DNA of 64,000 nt from Phycisphaerales bacterium (GTDB taxonomy: Bacteria; Planctomycetota; Phycisphaerae; WQYP01), in contig DAIDJN010000040.1 of NCBI GenBank assembly GCA_027451365.1, forward strand, positions 32,001-96,000, in the 5' to 3' direction. The translations under genes and the position numbers were made by a program. This document shows positions 19,949-30,045 of the stretch, one piece after another. The notes beneath the pieces are model-generated. The model was not told the DNA's origin, made no database searches, and was given only the letters and a program-made list of their open reading frames with translations. Position 1 is the first letter of the stretch, and each line of letters begins with the position of its first letter.

Positions 19949-19976
19949 ACTTTAACACTATCCATTGTGGTGTCAA
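19949..19976 (-). promoter_or_regulatory. sigma70-like promoter for dcd(-nrdJ)
   Basis: Minus strand TTGACA-N16-TAAAGT with TG extended -10. Confidence 0.6.
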
Positions 19977-20080
19977 CCGAAACGATATCTAAATGTTGAA
20001 TGACAGGTTATCCACAGCTATAACTCATTTTATTCACTAAACTTGTGGTGCTTAAAAAAATATTCTACTACATCTTGTGG
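19955..20080. promoter_or_regulatory. Four NrdR-box-like operators (19955-19970, 19986-20001, 20033-20048, 20065-20080)
   Basis: ACACTATCCATTGTGG, TATCTAAATGTTGAAT, TTCACTAAACTTGTGG (weak), CTACTACATCTTGTGG versus consensus acaCwAtATaTwGtgt. Pair spacings 31 and 32 bp. Upstream of an RNR gene. Confidence 0.7.
20008..20016 (+). promoter_or_regulatory. Consensus DnaA box
   Basis: Exact TTATCCACA in AT-rich intergenic DNA. Confidence 0.55.
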
Positions 20081-20216
20081 TGCTTAAAATTCATCTGTTG
20101 GGAAATATTATAATTCCATATCCAGCCATTCAGGCGGGGGGCTGGCCTTTTTATTCAAATAGGATCAAATATTATCGCCTTGGACGCAATTGGCGCTCTG
20201 AATTACACTGACTTCC

Positions 20217-21362
20217 ATGAAAAATGCCGCCAATCCCACGAAAAATCCAGACATTTCGCATCTGAATCATTCACATTCAGCCTTTCATGATGCGCTTTTG
20301 ACTTGGTTTGATCGCACCGCCCGCCCCATGCCGTGGCGAAAATCGCGGGATCCTTACGCCATCTGGATATCTGAAATAATGCTCCAGCAAACACAAGTAC
20401 AAACTGTAATCCCCTATTTTCTGCGGTTTTTAACGCGATTTCCCAATGTTACATCGCTGGCTGCGGCGCGTTTACAGGAAGTTCTGAAACTCTGGGCCGG
20501 ACTTGGCTATTACCGGCGCGCCAAACAATTGCATCTGGCCGCCAAAATGATTCAGTCCACACATAAGGGCCATTTTCCGCAGGATTTTTTGCAAATTCTG
20601 GCGCTGCCAGGTATTGGCCGCTACACCGCCGGTGCGGTCGGCAGCATCGCCTTCGGCTTGCGCGTGCCGGTGCTGGATGGAAATGTCATGCGCGTTTTTT
20701 CGCGGCTGTTTGCCTTCAAAGAAGATATCGCCCAGTCTGCGGTACAAAAAAAACTCTGGCAAATTGCCGATCAAATGCTGCCCGCATTTCGTGTGGGAGA
20801 CTTTAATCAGGCTTTAATGGAATTGGGTGCGACCGTTTGCAAGCCCGTAGCGCCGGCGTGCGGTATCTGTCCCATTCATCGCTGGTGCCGGGCATACGCG
20901 GAAAACCGTGTGGAAGCCTATCCGCATAAATCGGCGCGCAAAAAAGCGACCATCCTGCAACATGTGTCTCTGGTCATTCATCACAACAGTGAGAAACTGA
21001 TTCTAAAACGGCCTGATGGCGGCCTTTGGGGCGGCCTGTGGGAATTTCCCACCTTTGAAAGCCGTTGTCGGAAGTTTTCATCTGCGGACGCAGTACGCTG
21101 GGTGCTGGAAAATATGGGTCTAAAGGTAAGGGTTCTGGGCGGTGCGGCGCGCGTCCGCCATCAGCTCACGCATCGAACCATGTGCTATCAGGTTTTTCGC
21201 ATGCGCGTGGTTGGTCGCAAATTGACCACCGCTCGCCGCCTCCCATTTTGCGGGCCACACCGCTATGAATCAGCGCGTTGGCTGAAAACGATCGAAGATG
21301 TCCCCATAGGCCGCGTCACCGAAAAAATTGCCGCCGTTGCCGCGGTTGAAAGGAAATCCTGA
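20217..21362 (+). CDS. mutY: A/G-specific adenine glycosylase
   Basis: WISEIMLQQTQV, WAGLGYYRRA, LPGIGRYTAGA (HhH), DGNV.RV, FeS motif C..C..C..C, GGLWEFP. Confidence 0.96.
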   Translation: MKNAANPTKNPDISHLNHSHSAFHDALLTWFDRTARPMPWRKSRDPYAIWISEIMLQQTQVQTVIPYFLRFLTRFPNVTSLAAARLQEVLKLWAGLGYYRRAKQLHLAAKMIQSTHKGHFPQDFLQILALPGIGRYTAGAVGSIAFGLRVPVLDGNVMRVFSRLFAFKEDIAQSAVQKKLWQIADQMLPAFRVGDFNQALMELGATVCKPVAPACGICPIHRWCRAYAENRVEAYPHKSARKKATILQHVSLVIHHNSEKLILKRPDGGLWGGLWEFPTFESRCRKFSSADAVRWVLENMGLKVRVLGGAARVRHQLTHRTMCYQVFRMRVVGRKLTTARRLPFCGPHRYESARWLKTIEDVPIGRVTEKIAAVAAVERKS

Positions 21363-21409
21363 GATCATTCGCGCTGTCGGCAATCACCGTTGCCCTGATT
21401 CCCGCTGCG

Positions 21410-24400
21410 TTATCCAGCGGCGGTGGCCATTTCGCGGCGCGCTCGTGCGGCGGATATTGCCGTCCCAGGACCAGTGCAATGCACGGAAAGCTGCGGGAAT
21501 GCGTCCTGGAGTTCCTGCAATACGGCGGCCGTAGGGTTCACCTTCTGTTTTAAATCCACAAGCACGTGCATCGGTGGATTGTGGGTCTGATCCAGCAATT
21601 TCATTCGTACGCCCACCCGCGGGCCTGGATTCCTGTTCAAAATTTCCGCCAGCCGGTCCACGGCCGATTCGTCAAGTGCGGCCGCCGAACCGCTTACCAT
21701 CACCTCCTGAGCGAGTTTTTCCATCACCTGGGCGGGAGTAAAAAAATCGGCCGCCTGAAAGCTCGGCTCCTCGCGCGAACGGTTCACGCGGCCTCTTACA
21801 AACACAATGGCTTCCGCCTGAAGCAGCGCGGCAAACCGCTGATATTCATTGCCGTACACCAGCACCTTCAGTGTGCCGCGCAGGTCTTCCATAATCAGCG
21901 TCGCCCATTTCTGTCCCGCACTCTGCCCGGTCCGGGCGATGCGCACATCCACCTTGGAAATCAGCCCGCCGATAATTCCTTCCTTCTTGTCCGGGGCGGC
22001 CAGCATACTTTGGCTGTCCAGCGTGCTGAAGTGCGGCAATATCTGGTCCACACTGCGCAGCGGATGGCTTGTGACATAAAAACCTAAAACCGCTTTTTCC
22101 TGAGACATCTTTTCACTTTGCGACCATTCGGCGACCGTCGGCAGCTTATATTCCGCCGCCGCTGTGCCCGGCGAACCACCACCCCCGCCCCCAAACAGAC
22201 TTTCCTGTCCGGCTCGCCTTGCGTCCTGGGCCGCCGAACCATTGCCTACCGCATGTTCCACCGCGGCAAACGCCGCCGAACGCACCGGGTGCACACAGTC
22301 AAACGCCCCGCATTTGATCAGGGCTTCAAGCACTGACTTATTCACTGACCGCAAATCCACGCGTTCACAGAAATCATAGAGGCTGGTAAACGGCTTGTGG
22401 ATTCCCGCTGCATCCTGGCGGGCGGCAATCACGGCCTGTACGGCTTTCTCACCCACACCTTTTACCGCCGCAAGACCGAACCGGATCGTTCCCTGTACCA
22501 CACCGAAATCAGCAATGCTGCTGTTGACATCCGGCGGCAGAATGGGAATTCCGACCCGCCCGTCAGGGCGCATAATATATCGACATTCTTCAATATATTC
22601 GATGGTTTTGCTCTGATCTCCCATTTCAAAGGTCAGCAGTGCGGCCATATACTGGAGCGGGAAATAGGTTTTCAGGTACGCGGTCTGAAACGCCACCAGT
22701 GCATAGCGCGTCGAATGGCTCTTGTTAAAACCGTATCCGCCGAATTTTTCGATCAGGGCAAAAATGTCCTCCGACTGTTCGGCCCTGATCCCGTTTTCCT
22801 GCGCCCCTTTGACAAACGTCTGCTTTTCGGCTGCGATCACGTCGACCTGTTTCTTGCTGATAGCCTTGATAATTTTGTAGGCCTTGGCCAGCGGAATATT
22901 GCCCAACTGGTTGAATATGCGCATCACCTGTTCCTGATACACCATGATGCCATAGGTTTCGGCCAGCAGGCGGTCAATGATCGGATGGACCTGGGGCACT
23001 TTCTGGCGGCCATGCTTGCGGTCGCAATAATCGGGAATCAGGTCCATGGGGCCGGGACGGTACAGGGCGTTGGCGGCAATGAGGTCTTCAATACGGTCGG
23101 GCTTCATGCGAATCAGCAGTTCACGCATGCCGGGAGATTCAAATTGAAACACGCCCTTGGTCTGGCCCTTCTGGAATATCTGCCGGAAGACCTTCTGGTC
23201 GGCCAGGTCGACTTTTTCCAGATCAATTCGGCCTGGCCGGCCTGCCACCGCGGGGTGCAAAATTTCCGTTACGTTGCCATCCTGGGCCGTTATTTTCAGT
23301 GGCGGCGGCCCCTGCGGGTAATCTTTTTCAATCAGGTCCAGCGCCCGTTCCACTATAGTCAGCGTTCGCAAACCCAGAAAGTCCATTTTCAACAGGCCGG
23401 CTTTTTCACAAGTCGGGCCATCCCACTGGGTCATAATGTCATCGCCGTTTTTATACAGCGGAACTATTTCATCAATCGGTTTGTCGCACACAATAACGCC
23501 CGCGGCGTGCATGCCCGCGTTGCGGCAAAGGCCTTCGAGCCGGCGGGCGACATCAAACAGACGCGTCACATTCGGGTCTTCGCGATAAAGCTTTTTCAGA
23601 TCTGCCACACCCATAGCGCTTTCCAGCGTCACGTTGGGGCCGCCGGGAATAAGCTTCGTAATTTTGTCCACTTCCGGCAGCGGCATGCCGAGCACACGGC
23701 CGACATCTTTAATCGCGGCCTTCGCCCCCAAGGTGGAAAAAGTGATAATCTGCGAGACATTTCCATATTTCTGCCGCACATATTCAATCACTCTGCCGCG
23801 GCCTTCCTGGCAGATGTCAATATCAATATCGGGCATTTCCGACCGGCTGGGATCCATGAAGCGTTCAAACAAAAGGTCATAGCGGATCGGATCCACATTG
23901 CAAAGCCCCAGCGCATAACCGACCAGAGTTCCAACCCCCGACCCTCTGGCACCGACCGGTATGCCGTTCTGCCTGGCGAAATTGCAGAAGTCCCAGACAA
24001 TCAGAAAGTAGCTGGAAAATCCTTTGTCGCTGATAACCTTTATTTCCTGTTCCAGCCGCTGGCGCAGAACCTCATTGAATTCGCCATACCGTTCCTTCAC
24101 TCCCGTTTCGCACAGGCGTCGCAGAAATTCATCGGCCGTCGGCTGATGGCCGGTGGCGGCATCTTTCGGCGGCACATACACCGGCGCATGGCGTTTGGAA
24201 AAGTCCAGGGTCAGGTCGCACATTTCCGCGATTTTGAGAGTGTTGTCGCATGCCTGCGGAATGTCGCGGAAAATATGCCGCATTTCCTGCGGACTTTTCA
24301 GATACAATTGTCGCGAATAATGAAGGCGGTTTTCATCGGCGAGCGTCTTGCCCATGGAAATGCAGCAAAGCACGTCATGGGCTTCGTAATCTTCCTTCAG

Positions 24401-25051
24401 CAGATAATGATGATCATTGGTTGCCACCACCTGGCAACCGGCCCGTTTGGCCACCTCCAGCAGTTGCGGAATCTGTTCTATTTGGGCTGGATCATCATGG
24501 TTCTGCAATTCCACAAAAAAGCGGTCGCCGAAAATATCCTTGTATTGGCCCGCAACCGCCACCGCGGCCGCCATGTCGCCGCGTGTCAGGCAGGCGGCGA
24601 TTTCAGTTCCGAAATGGCCATTAATAACAATCAAGCCCTCACCAAACCGCGCCAGCGCTTCTTTGTCCACGCGCGGCCGGTAGTAAAACCCTTCCAGATA
24701 GGCCAGGCTCGCCAGCTTCAGCATGTTTTTATAACCGGCCTGATCCTTGGCCAGCACGACCAGGTGATACGCCGCCTCGCTTATGCCGTGGGCTTCCTTG
24801 TCAAACCGGGAACCGGGTGCGACATAAAATTCACATCCGATCAGCGGTTTGATACCGACCTTTTTTGCCTGCTGATAAAATTCCACCAGTCCAAACAAAT
24901 TGCCATGATCGGTCAGTGCAAGTGCCGGCATGCCCATCTCAGCCGCTTTGCCGCACAGGCCGTCAATGGTGGCTCCGCCATCCAGGAGTGAATAATGCGA
25001 ATGCCCATGCAGATGAACAAACGAATCGTGGGGGGAAAGGGTTGCAGCCAT
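21410..25051 (-). CDS. dnaE: DNA polymerase III alpha subunit
   Basis: PHP domain HLHGHSHYSLLDG/TDHG, RGSG, MPDIDID, LLKMDFLGL, GYGFNKSH, OB fold. No intein. Confidence 0.97.
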   Translation of the reverse strand: MAATLSPHDSFVHLHGHSHYSLLDGGATIDGLCGKAAEMGMPALALTDHGNLFGLVEFYQQAKKVGIKPLIGCEFYVAPGSRFDKEAHGISEAAYHLVVLAKDQAGYKNMLKLASLAYLEGFYYRPRVDKEALARFGEGLIVINGHFGTEIAACLTRGDMAAAVAVAGQYKDIFGDRFFVELQNHDDPAQIEQIPQLLEVAKRAGCQVVATNDHHYLLKEDYEAHDVLCCISMGKTLADENRLHYSRQLYLKSPQEMRHIFRDIPQACDNTLKIAEMCDLTLDFSKRHAPVYVPPKDAATGHQPTADEFLRRLCETGVKERYGEFNEVLRQRLEQEIKVISDKGFSSYFLIVWDFCNFARQNGIPVGARGSGVGTLVGYALGLCNVDPIRYDLLFERFMDPSRSEMPDIDIDICQEGRGRVIEYVRQKYGNVSQIITFSTLGAKAAIKDVGRVLGMPLPEVDKITKLIPGGPNVTLESAMGVADLKKLYREDPNVTRLFDVARRLEGLCRNAGMHAAGVIVCDKPIDEIVPLYKNGDDIMTQWDGPTCEKAGLLKMDFLGLRTLTIVERALDLIEKDYPQGPPPLKITAQDGNVTEILHPAVAGRPGRIDLEKVDLADQKVFRQIFQKGQTKGVFQFESPGMRELLIRMKPDRIEDLIAANALYRPGPMDLIPDYCDRKHGRQKVPQVHPIIDRLLAETYGIMVYQEQVMRIFNQLGNIPLAKAYKIIKAISKKQVDVIAAEKQTFVKGAQENGIRAEQSEDIFALIEKFGGYGFNKSHSTRYALVAFQTAYLKTYFPLQYMAALLTFEMGDQSKTIEYIEECRYIMRPDGRVGIPILPPDVNSSIADFGVVQGTIRFGLAAVKGVGEKAVQAVIAARQDAAGIHKPFTSLYDFCERVDLRSVNKSVLEALIKCGAFDCVHPVRSAAFAAVEHAVGNGSAAQDARRAGQESLFGGGGGGSPGTAAAEYKLPTVAEWSQSEKMSQEKAVLGFYVTSHPLRSVDQILPHFSTLDSQSMLAAPDKKEGIIGGLISKVDVRIARTGQSAGQKWATLIMEDLRGTLKVLVYGNEYQRFAALLQAEAIVFVRGRVNRSREEPSFQAADFFTPAQVMEKLAQEVMVSGSAAALDESAVDRLAEILNRNPGPRVGVRMKLLDQTHNPPMHVLVDLKQKVNPTAAVLQELQDAFPQLSVHCTGPGTAISAARARREMATAAG

Positions 25052-25378
25052 GGGAAGCCTCCGTGCAATAAGCCGGTGCGGACGCACGATGATTCACATT
25101 CCATGCCAGCGAAAAACATGACCGCCGACCGGACCAACTCAACTCCGGATTTTAACACTTTCGGGCCGCCGGGGAAAATCGTTGCCCATATTCGGTAAAG
25201 CGCGGGGAAAAGGGGACAAAGTGCCCACCGTCGGCAACAAATTCGGGGGCCAGCATCCTGTCCGTATTGTGATGTGGCGCGGGCGTCCGACGTACCGTAT
25301 CCGTTGCCGCCGTGGCCATCCGGCCGGGGCGCAGCGTCCCTCCAAAAAATGCCCGCGACGTGCGCAATTTGGCAGCTC

Positions 25379-28300
25379 TTACACGCTGACCGGCTGCATT
25401 TTGCCGGATTTGGCCAGGGCGTAATATTCCTGAATGCTGCGAACGGTCCAATCTGATTTCTGCAAGGTCACAATTGCTTCGGCAGCGGCGTCGGCGCCGG
25501 TGACAGTGGTAATAATGGGGATTTTGTTCATGACGGCCGCCGCGCGAATTTTGCCTTCATCCGTCTTCGGGCCTTTGGTTGTCGGCGTGTTGATTAGCAG
25601 TTGAATCTGTTTGTTTTTAATGGCATCAATAATATTCGGCCGCCCTTCCTGAATTTTATTAATGCGTTCACATTTCACACCCGCGGCAGTCAGCGCTTTG
25701 TAAGTGCCGCCAGTGCAGACCAGTGTAAAACCGCATTGCGCCAGCTTGCGGGCCGGTTCAATAATGGCCAGTTTGTCGGCATCGCGCACCGATACATACA
25801 CGACACCGGAAAGCGGCAGGGCACCGCCCGCGGCCATTTGAGATTTTGCATAAGCCACAGGAAAGCTGGTATCAATTCCCATCACTTCGCCGGTGGAGCG
25901 CATTTCAGGGCCAAGAATGACATCTACTCCGGGGAATTTACTGAATGGAAATACGCTTTCCTTTACGGCCACATGTCCCTGTGGAATAACTTCATGGCTG
26001 ATGCCCAGGTGGGTCAGGGATTGCCCACACATGACCTTGGCGGCAATTTTAGCCCATGGAACCCCAGTGGCCTTGCTGACAAACGGCACCGTGCGGCTGG
26101 CGCGGGGGTTTACCTCCAGGACATACACCTGGCTGTCCTTGATGGCAAACTGAACGTTCATCAGACCGCGCACTTTCAGTGCCGCGGCCAGGGACAGCGT
26201 ATGGGCACGGATTTCGGCCACAATTTCCGGCGGCAGTGAAAACGGCGGCAGCGAACAGGCTGAATCGCCGGAGTGAATCCCGGCTTCCTCAATATGTTCC
26301 ATCACGCCGATCACCAGATATTTTTCGCCATCACCAATGGCGTCCACATCCACTTCAGTTGCATCGCCAAGGAAACGGTCGATCAAAACCGGATGTTCAT
26401 CCGCCACTTCCACCGCATGTTTGATGTAATAATCCAACTGCGTTTCATCGGACACAATTTCCATGGCCCGGCCGCCCAGCACAAAGGACGGCCGCACCAG
26501 CACCGGGTAGCCGATGGCGGCCGCAGCAAGGCGAGCCTCGGCGGCGCTGCGGGCAATTCCACCTTCCGGTTGTCTTAAGCCGAGTTGCTTGATGAGTTTA
26601 TTGAATTTGTCACGGTCTTCCGCGGCCTCAATGGATTCGACTGCGGTTCCAATAATCGGCACGCCGGCATCCTTGAGGCCGCGGGCCAGGTTCAGCGGCG
26701 TCTGGCCGCCAAACTGCACGATCACGCCCTCCACCAGGCCACCGGGTTGGCTTAAAGGTCGGCCATTCAGACGTTCGACAATATTCAACACATCTTCATG
26801 GGTAAGGGGTTCGAAGAAAAGCAGATCCGAGGTGTCGTAATCCGTGCTGACGGTTTCCGGATTGGAATTCACCATCACGCTTTCCAGGCCCAGATCGCGA
26901 CAGGCGAAGGCGGCCTGCACGCAGCAATAGTCAAATTCAATGCCCTGGCCTATGCGGTTGGGGCCACCGCCCAGAATCACGATTTTTTTCCGGTCGCTGA
27001 CGCGTACTTCATCATCCATGTGGGAAGTCGGGCCGGTGGAGGGGTATTGGTGGATGGGGCTTTCATAGGTGGAATAATAGTAGGGGGTGGCCGCTTCAAA
27101 TTCCGCCGCGCAGGTATCCACCAGTTTGTAAACGGGCTGAATATTCAGTTCGCGCCGAATGGCCCGCACCTGCGCTGGTTTCATATCCCAGGCCATGCCC
27201 AACTGCACGTCCGAATAGCCCAATTGCTTGGCCTGGCGCAGCAGGGCTGAAAGATGTTCACCTTCGGCACCGGCCGGTCTGTCCTGGGCGGCGCGGGCCG
27301 CCAGTTTTCGCCCACTTATTATTTTATCTTCAAAATCAACGAGTTCGCGAATCTGTTCAATGAACCAGCGGTCAATATTGGTCAACTGACAAACGCGTTC
27401 CACGGAAAAACCCATTTTCAGGGCATAGCGAATGTAATACATGCGTCCCTGCGAAGGCACGGAAAGTTTGCGGATCAGACGGTCTTCGGCGATGGGCCAT
27501 GTATGCGCGGCCTGTTCCATCGCGGCAGCACGCGTCACAAATGAACCCCGGTCGCCCAGCGTCTGCTGCGGCTTGTGGCCGATGGCCGCTTCATGTTCGG
27601 CCAGTTCAGCCCGCTGCCAGCGCCACCATTTGTCAATGCGGTCCAGGCCCAGGCCAAACCGCTTCACTTCCATGCTGCGCAGGCCTTTTTGCAGGGCTTC
27701 CTTGAAGGTGCGGCCGATGCTCATGGCTTCGCCGACGCTTTTCATCTGGGTGGTCAGGGTTTCATCGGCATCGGGGAATTTTTCAAATGTCCAGCGCGGA
27801 ATTTTTACCACAACGTAATCAATGGAAGGTTCAAAACAGGCCACCGTGCGGCGGGTAATGTCATTGGGCAGCTCATCCAGTGTGTAGCCAACCGCGAGTT
27901 TTGCGGCAATGCGGGCAATGGGAAATCCGGTCGCCTTGCTGGCCAGTGCGGAAGATCGCGACACGCGCGGGTTCATTTCAATCACCACCATGTCGCCATT
28001 GGCCGGATCAATTGCGAACTGAATATTTGAGCCGCCCGTTTCCACGCCGATGGCGCGGATAATGGCAATTGATGCGTCACGCATCCGCTGATATTCCTTG
28101 TCCGTCAGTGTCTGGGCCGGAGCAACGGTAATGGAGTCTCCGGTGTGAACGCCCATGGGATCAAAATTTTCAATTGCGCATACAATCACCACGTTGTCGG
28201 CACGGTCGCGCATGACCTCCAGTTCATATTCCTTCCAGCCGATCAGTGACTGGTCAATCTGAATTTCGCTGATCATGGAGGCATCCAGCCCGCGCTGAGC

Positions 28301-28873
28301 GATGGTTTCAAATTCTTCCATGTTGTAGGCAATGCCCGAGCCGGTGCCCCCCAGCGTGAATGATGCCCGGATAATGCACGGCAGGCCGGTCTGCGCGAGA
28401 ACCGCGCGGGCCTCATCCATGGTGTAGGCCAGCCCGCTGTTGGGAACCTTCAGGCCAATGTCTTCAATAATTTTCTTGAACTGTTTGCGGTCTTCGCCCC
28501 GGTGAATCGCATCGCGGGTGGCGCCAATCATTCTGACGCCATACTTTTTCAGTACTCCGGCTTCCGCCAGAGCCACCGACGTGTTCAAGCCGGTCTGGCC
28601 GCCAAGTGTGGGCAGCAGGGCATCCGGGCGTTCGCGTTCAATAATTTTGGTAACCGCCTCGACGGTAATCGGTTCAATGTAGGTCCGGTCCGCCATGTCC
28701 GGATCGGTCATAATGGTGGCCGGATTGGAATTGACCAGAATCACCCGGTAGCCCTCTTCACGCAGCGCTTTGCAGGCCTGCGTGCCGGAGTAGTCAAATT
28801 CGCATCCCTGACCTATGACAATAGGGCCGGAACCGATGATAAGAATGCTTTTGATGTCTGTCCGCTTGGGCAT
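25379..28873 (-). CDS. carB: Carbamoyl-phosphate synthase large subunit
   Basis: [61 protein letters not shown]-terminal MGS domain. Confidence 0.98.
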   Translation of the reverse strand: MPKRTDIKSILIIGSGPIVIGQGCEFDYSGTQACKALREEGYRVILVNSNPATIMTDPDMADRTYIEPITVEAVTKIIERERPDALLPTLGGQTGLNTSVALAEAGVLKKYGVRMIGATRDAIHRGEDRKQFKKIIEDIGLKVPNSGLAYTMDEARAVLAQTGLPCIIRASFTLGGTGSGIAYNMEEFETIAQRGLDASMISEIQIDQSLIGWKEYELEVMRDRADNVVIVCAIENFDPMGVHTGDSITVAPAQTLTDKEYQRMRDASIAIIRAIGVETGGSNIQFAIDPANGDMVVIEMNPRVSRSSALASKATGFPIARIAAKLAVGYTLDELPNDITRRTVACFEPSIDYVVVKIPRWTFEKFPDADETLTTQMKSVGEAMSIGRTFKEALQKGLRSMEVKRFGLGLDRIDKWWRWQRAELAEHEAAIGHKPQQTLGDRGSFVTRAAAMEQAAHTWPIAEDRLIRKLSVPSQGRMYYIRYALKMGFSVERVCQLTNIDRWFIEQIRELVDFEDKIISGRKLAARAAQDRPAGAEGEHLSALLRQAKQLGYSDVQLGMAWDMKPAQVRAIRRELNIQPVYKLVDTCAAEFEAATPYYYSTYESPIHQYPSTGPTSHMDDEVRVSDRKKIVILGGGPNRIGQGIEFDYCCVQAAFACRDLGLESVMVNSNPETVSTDYDTSDLLFFEPLTHEDVLNIVERLNGRPLSQPGGLVEGVIVQFGGQTPLNLARGLKDAGVPIIGTAVESIEAAEDRDKFNKLIKQLGLRQPEGGIARSAAEARLAAAAIGYPVLVRPSFVLGGRAMEIVSDETQLDYYIKHAVEVADEHPVLIDRFLGDATEVDVDAIGDGEKYLVIGVMEHIEEAGIHSGDSACSLPPFSLPPEIVAEIRAHTLSLAAALKVRGLMNVQFAIKDSQVYVLEVNPRASRTVPFVSKATGVPWAKIAAKVMCGQSLTHLGISHEVIPQGHVAVKESVFPFSKFPGVDVILGPEMRSTGEVMGIDTSFPVAYAKSQMAAGGALPLSGVVYVSVRDADKLAIIEPARKLAQCGFTLVCTGGTYKALTAAGVKCERINKIQEGRPNIIDAIKNKQIQLLINTPTTKGPKTDEGKIRAAAVMNKIPIITTVTGADAAAEAIVTLQKSDWTVRSIQEYYALAKSGKMQPVSV

Positions 28874-29222
28874 GAAATTCAACCTTTTTCCGTCATATCA
28901 GCCACGCTGATTATAAGTCTGTTTTTTATCACAAAATGGCCCGGTGCGAAAGCCCGGATGGATTATTTTCCCCAATTGACAGGTGGCGCGGATTCCCAGC
29001 CGGACCGCATCGGCGAACGACCGGCCTTTGTGTCGGGAATCTGGTGAGGGCTGCCGACCGGTTGCATTTCGCCCTTCATGGGGCGTGCGCGTGCGTCTCG
29101 GCCGGCACCATAGCCTTGCTCGGGTACGCGCCCGATCCGTCGCACGCTTGACGGGGCGGCCTGTACTGCGGTAAAACCCATCCACACGGCCAAATGGACA
29201 TTCTTTCTGCGCGAGGTATCAA

Positions 29223-30038
29223 ATGGTGGATCAGGCAATCATCGCGTGCCATTGGTGCGGCAGCCAAAGCCCCGCAGGCACACTTAACTGTCGCAGTTGC
29301 GGTGCCCCGCTGGATGCCCGCAATGTCGTCAGCGATTCCGGTTGGGCCGCAGCACCGCGCATCCGGGATATGGTCAAAATTGAATTCGGTCAAAGCACCT
29401 GCCAGGTGGAAGGTCAGATGGTGCCGGTGGCGGACATTCAACTGGCCGCCGGCGATGCGGTTATTTTTGAACACCATGTCATGCTGTGGAAAGATGACAG
29501 CGTTCCAGTGGCCAACATCGCACTTTCAGGCGGTATCCAACGGATACTTGGCGGCATGCCGTTTTGTATTACCCAGGCCACCGGGCCGGGGCACATCGCT
29601 TTTTCTCGTGATGCTTCGGGTGAACTGGTCGTGCTGCCGCTGCATCCGGGCATGGAAATTGATGTCCGCGAACATGCGTTTGTGCTGGCTTCCCACCACA
29701 TTGAATATTCATTTGTCCGCATTAAGGGGCTGGCGAATATTTTCTTCGGCGGTGAAGGCATGTTCATGGACCGTTTCGTTACCCGCGGTCAGCCGGGCCT
29801 GCTGATTCTGCATGGCTACGGCAATGTATTTCAGCGCACGCTTAAGCCGGGGGAAAGCATTCTGCTGGAACCGGGCGGATTTTTGTATAAAGATTCTTCC
29901 GTGAAAATGGATGTGGAATTCCAGAAGATTGGCGGCTCGTTCCTGGGCGGCAAAATGATGGCCATGGCACGGGTTACCGGGCCGGGCCGCGTTGGAATGC
30001 AGTCCATGTATCACCATCCGCACCACGAGAAAAAGTGA
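29223..30038 (+). CDS. AIM24-family protein with N-terminal Zn ribbon
   Basis: CHWC..CRSC, GPGHIAFS, FFGGEGMF, LILHGYG, TGPGRVGMQS. Confidence 0.85.
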   Translation: MVDQAIIACHWCGSQSPAGTLNCRSCGAPLDARNVVSDSGWAAAPRIRDMVKIEFGQSTCQVEGQMVPVADIQLAAGDAVIFEHHVMLWKDDSVPVANIALSGGIQRILGGMPFCITQATGPGHIAFSRDASGELVVLPLHPGMEIDVREHAFVLASHHIEYSFVRIKGLANIFFGGEGMFMDRFVTRGQPGLLILHGYGNVFQRTLKPGESILLEPGGFLYKDSSVKMDVEFQKIGGSFLGGKMMAMARVTGPGRVGMQSMYHHPHHEKK

Positions 30039-30045
30039 GCAGACC

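Noticed and set aside
20031..20089. Direct repeat as a mini-CRISPR
   Set aside because: Only two ~28-bp copies, no real spacer and no cas genes. Better explained as tandem operators
22397..24991. 864-aa plus-strand ORF antisense to dnaE
   Set aside because: Shadow frame of a strongly conserved gene. No recognisable domain, and the composition is typical of antisense translation
15123..25051. Inteins in nrdJ or dnaE
   Set aside because: Common insertion sites such as NPCSEY are uninterrupted, there are no HN-C/S/T junctions or LAGLIDADG motifs, and lengths are normal
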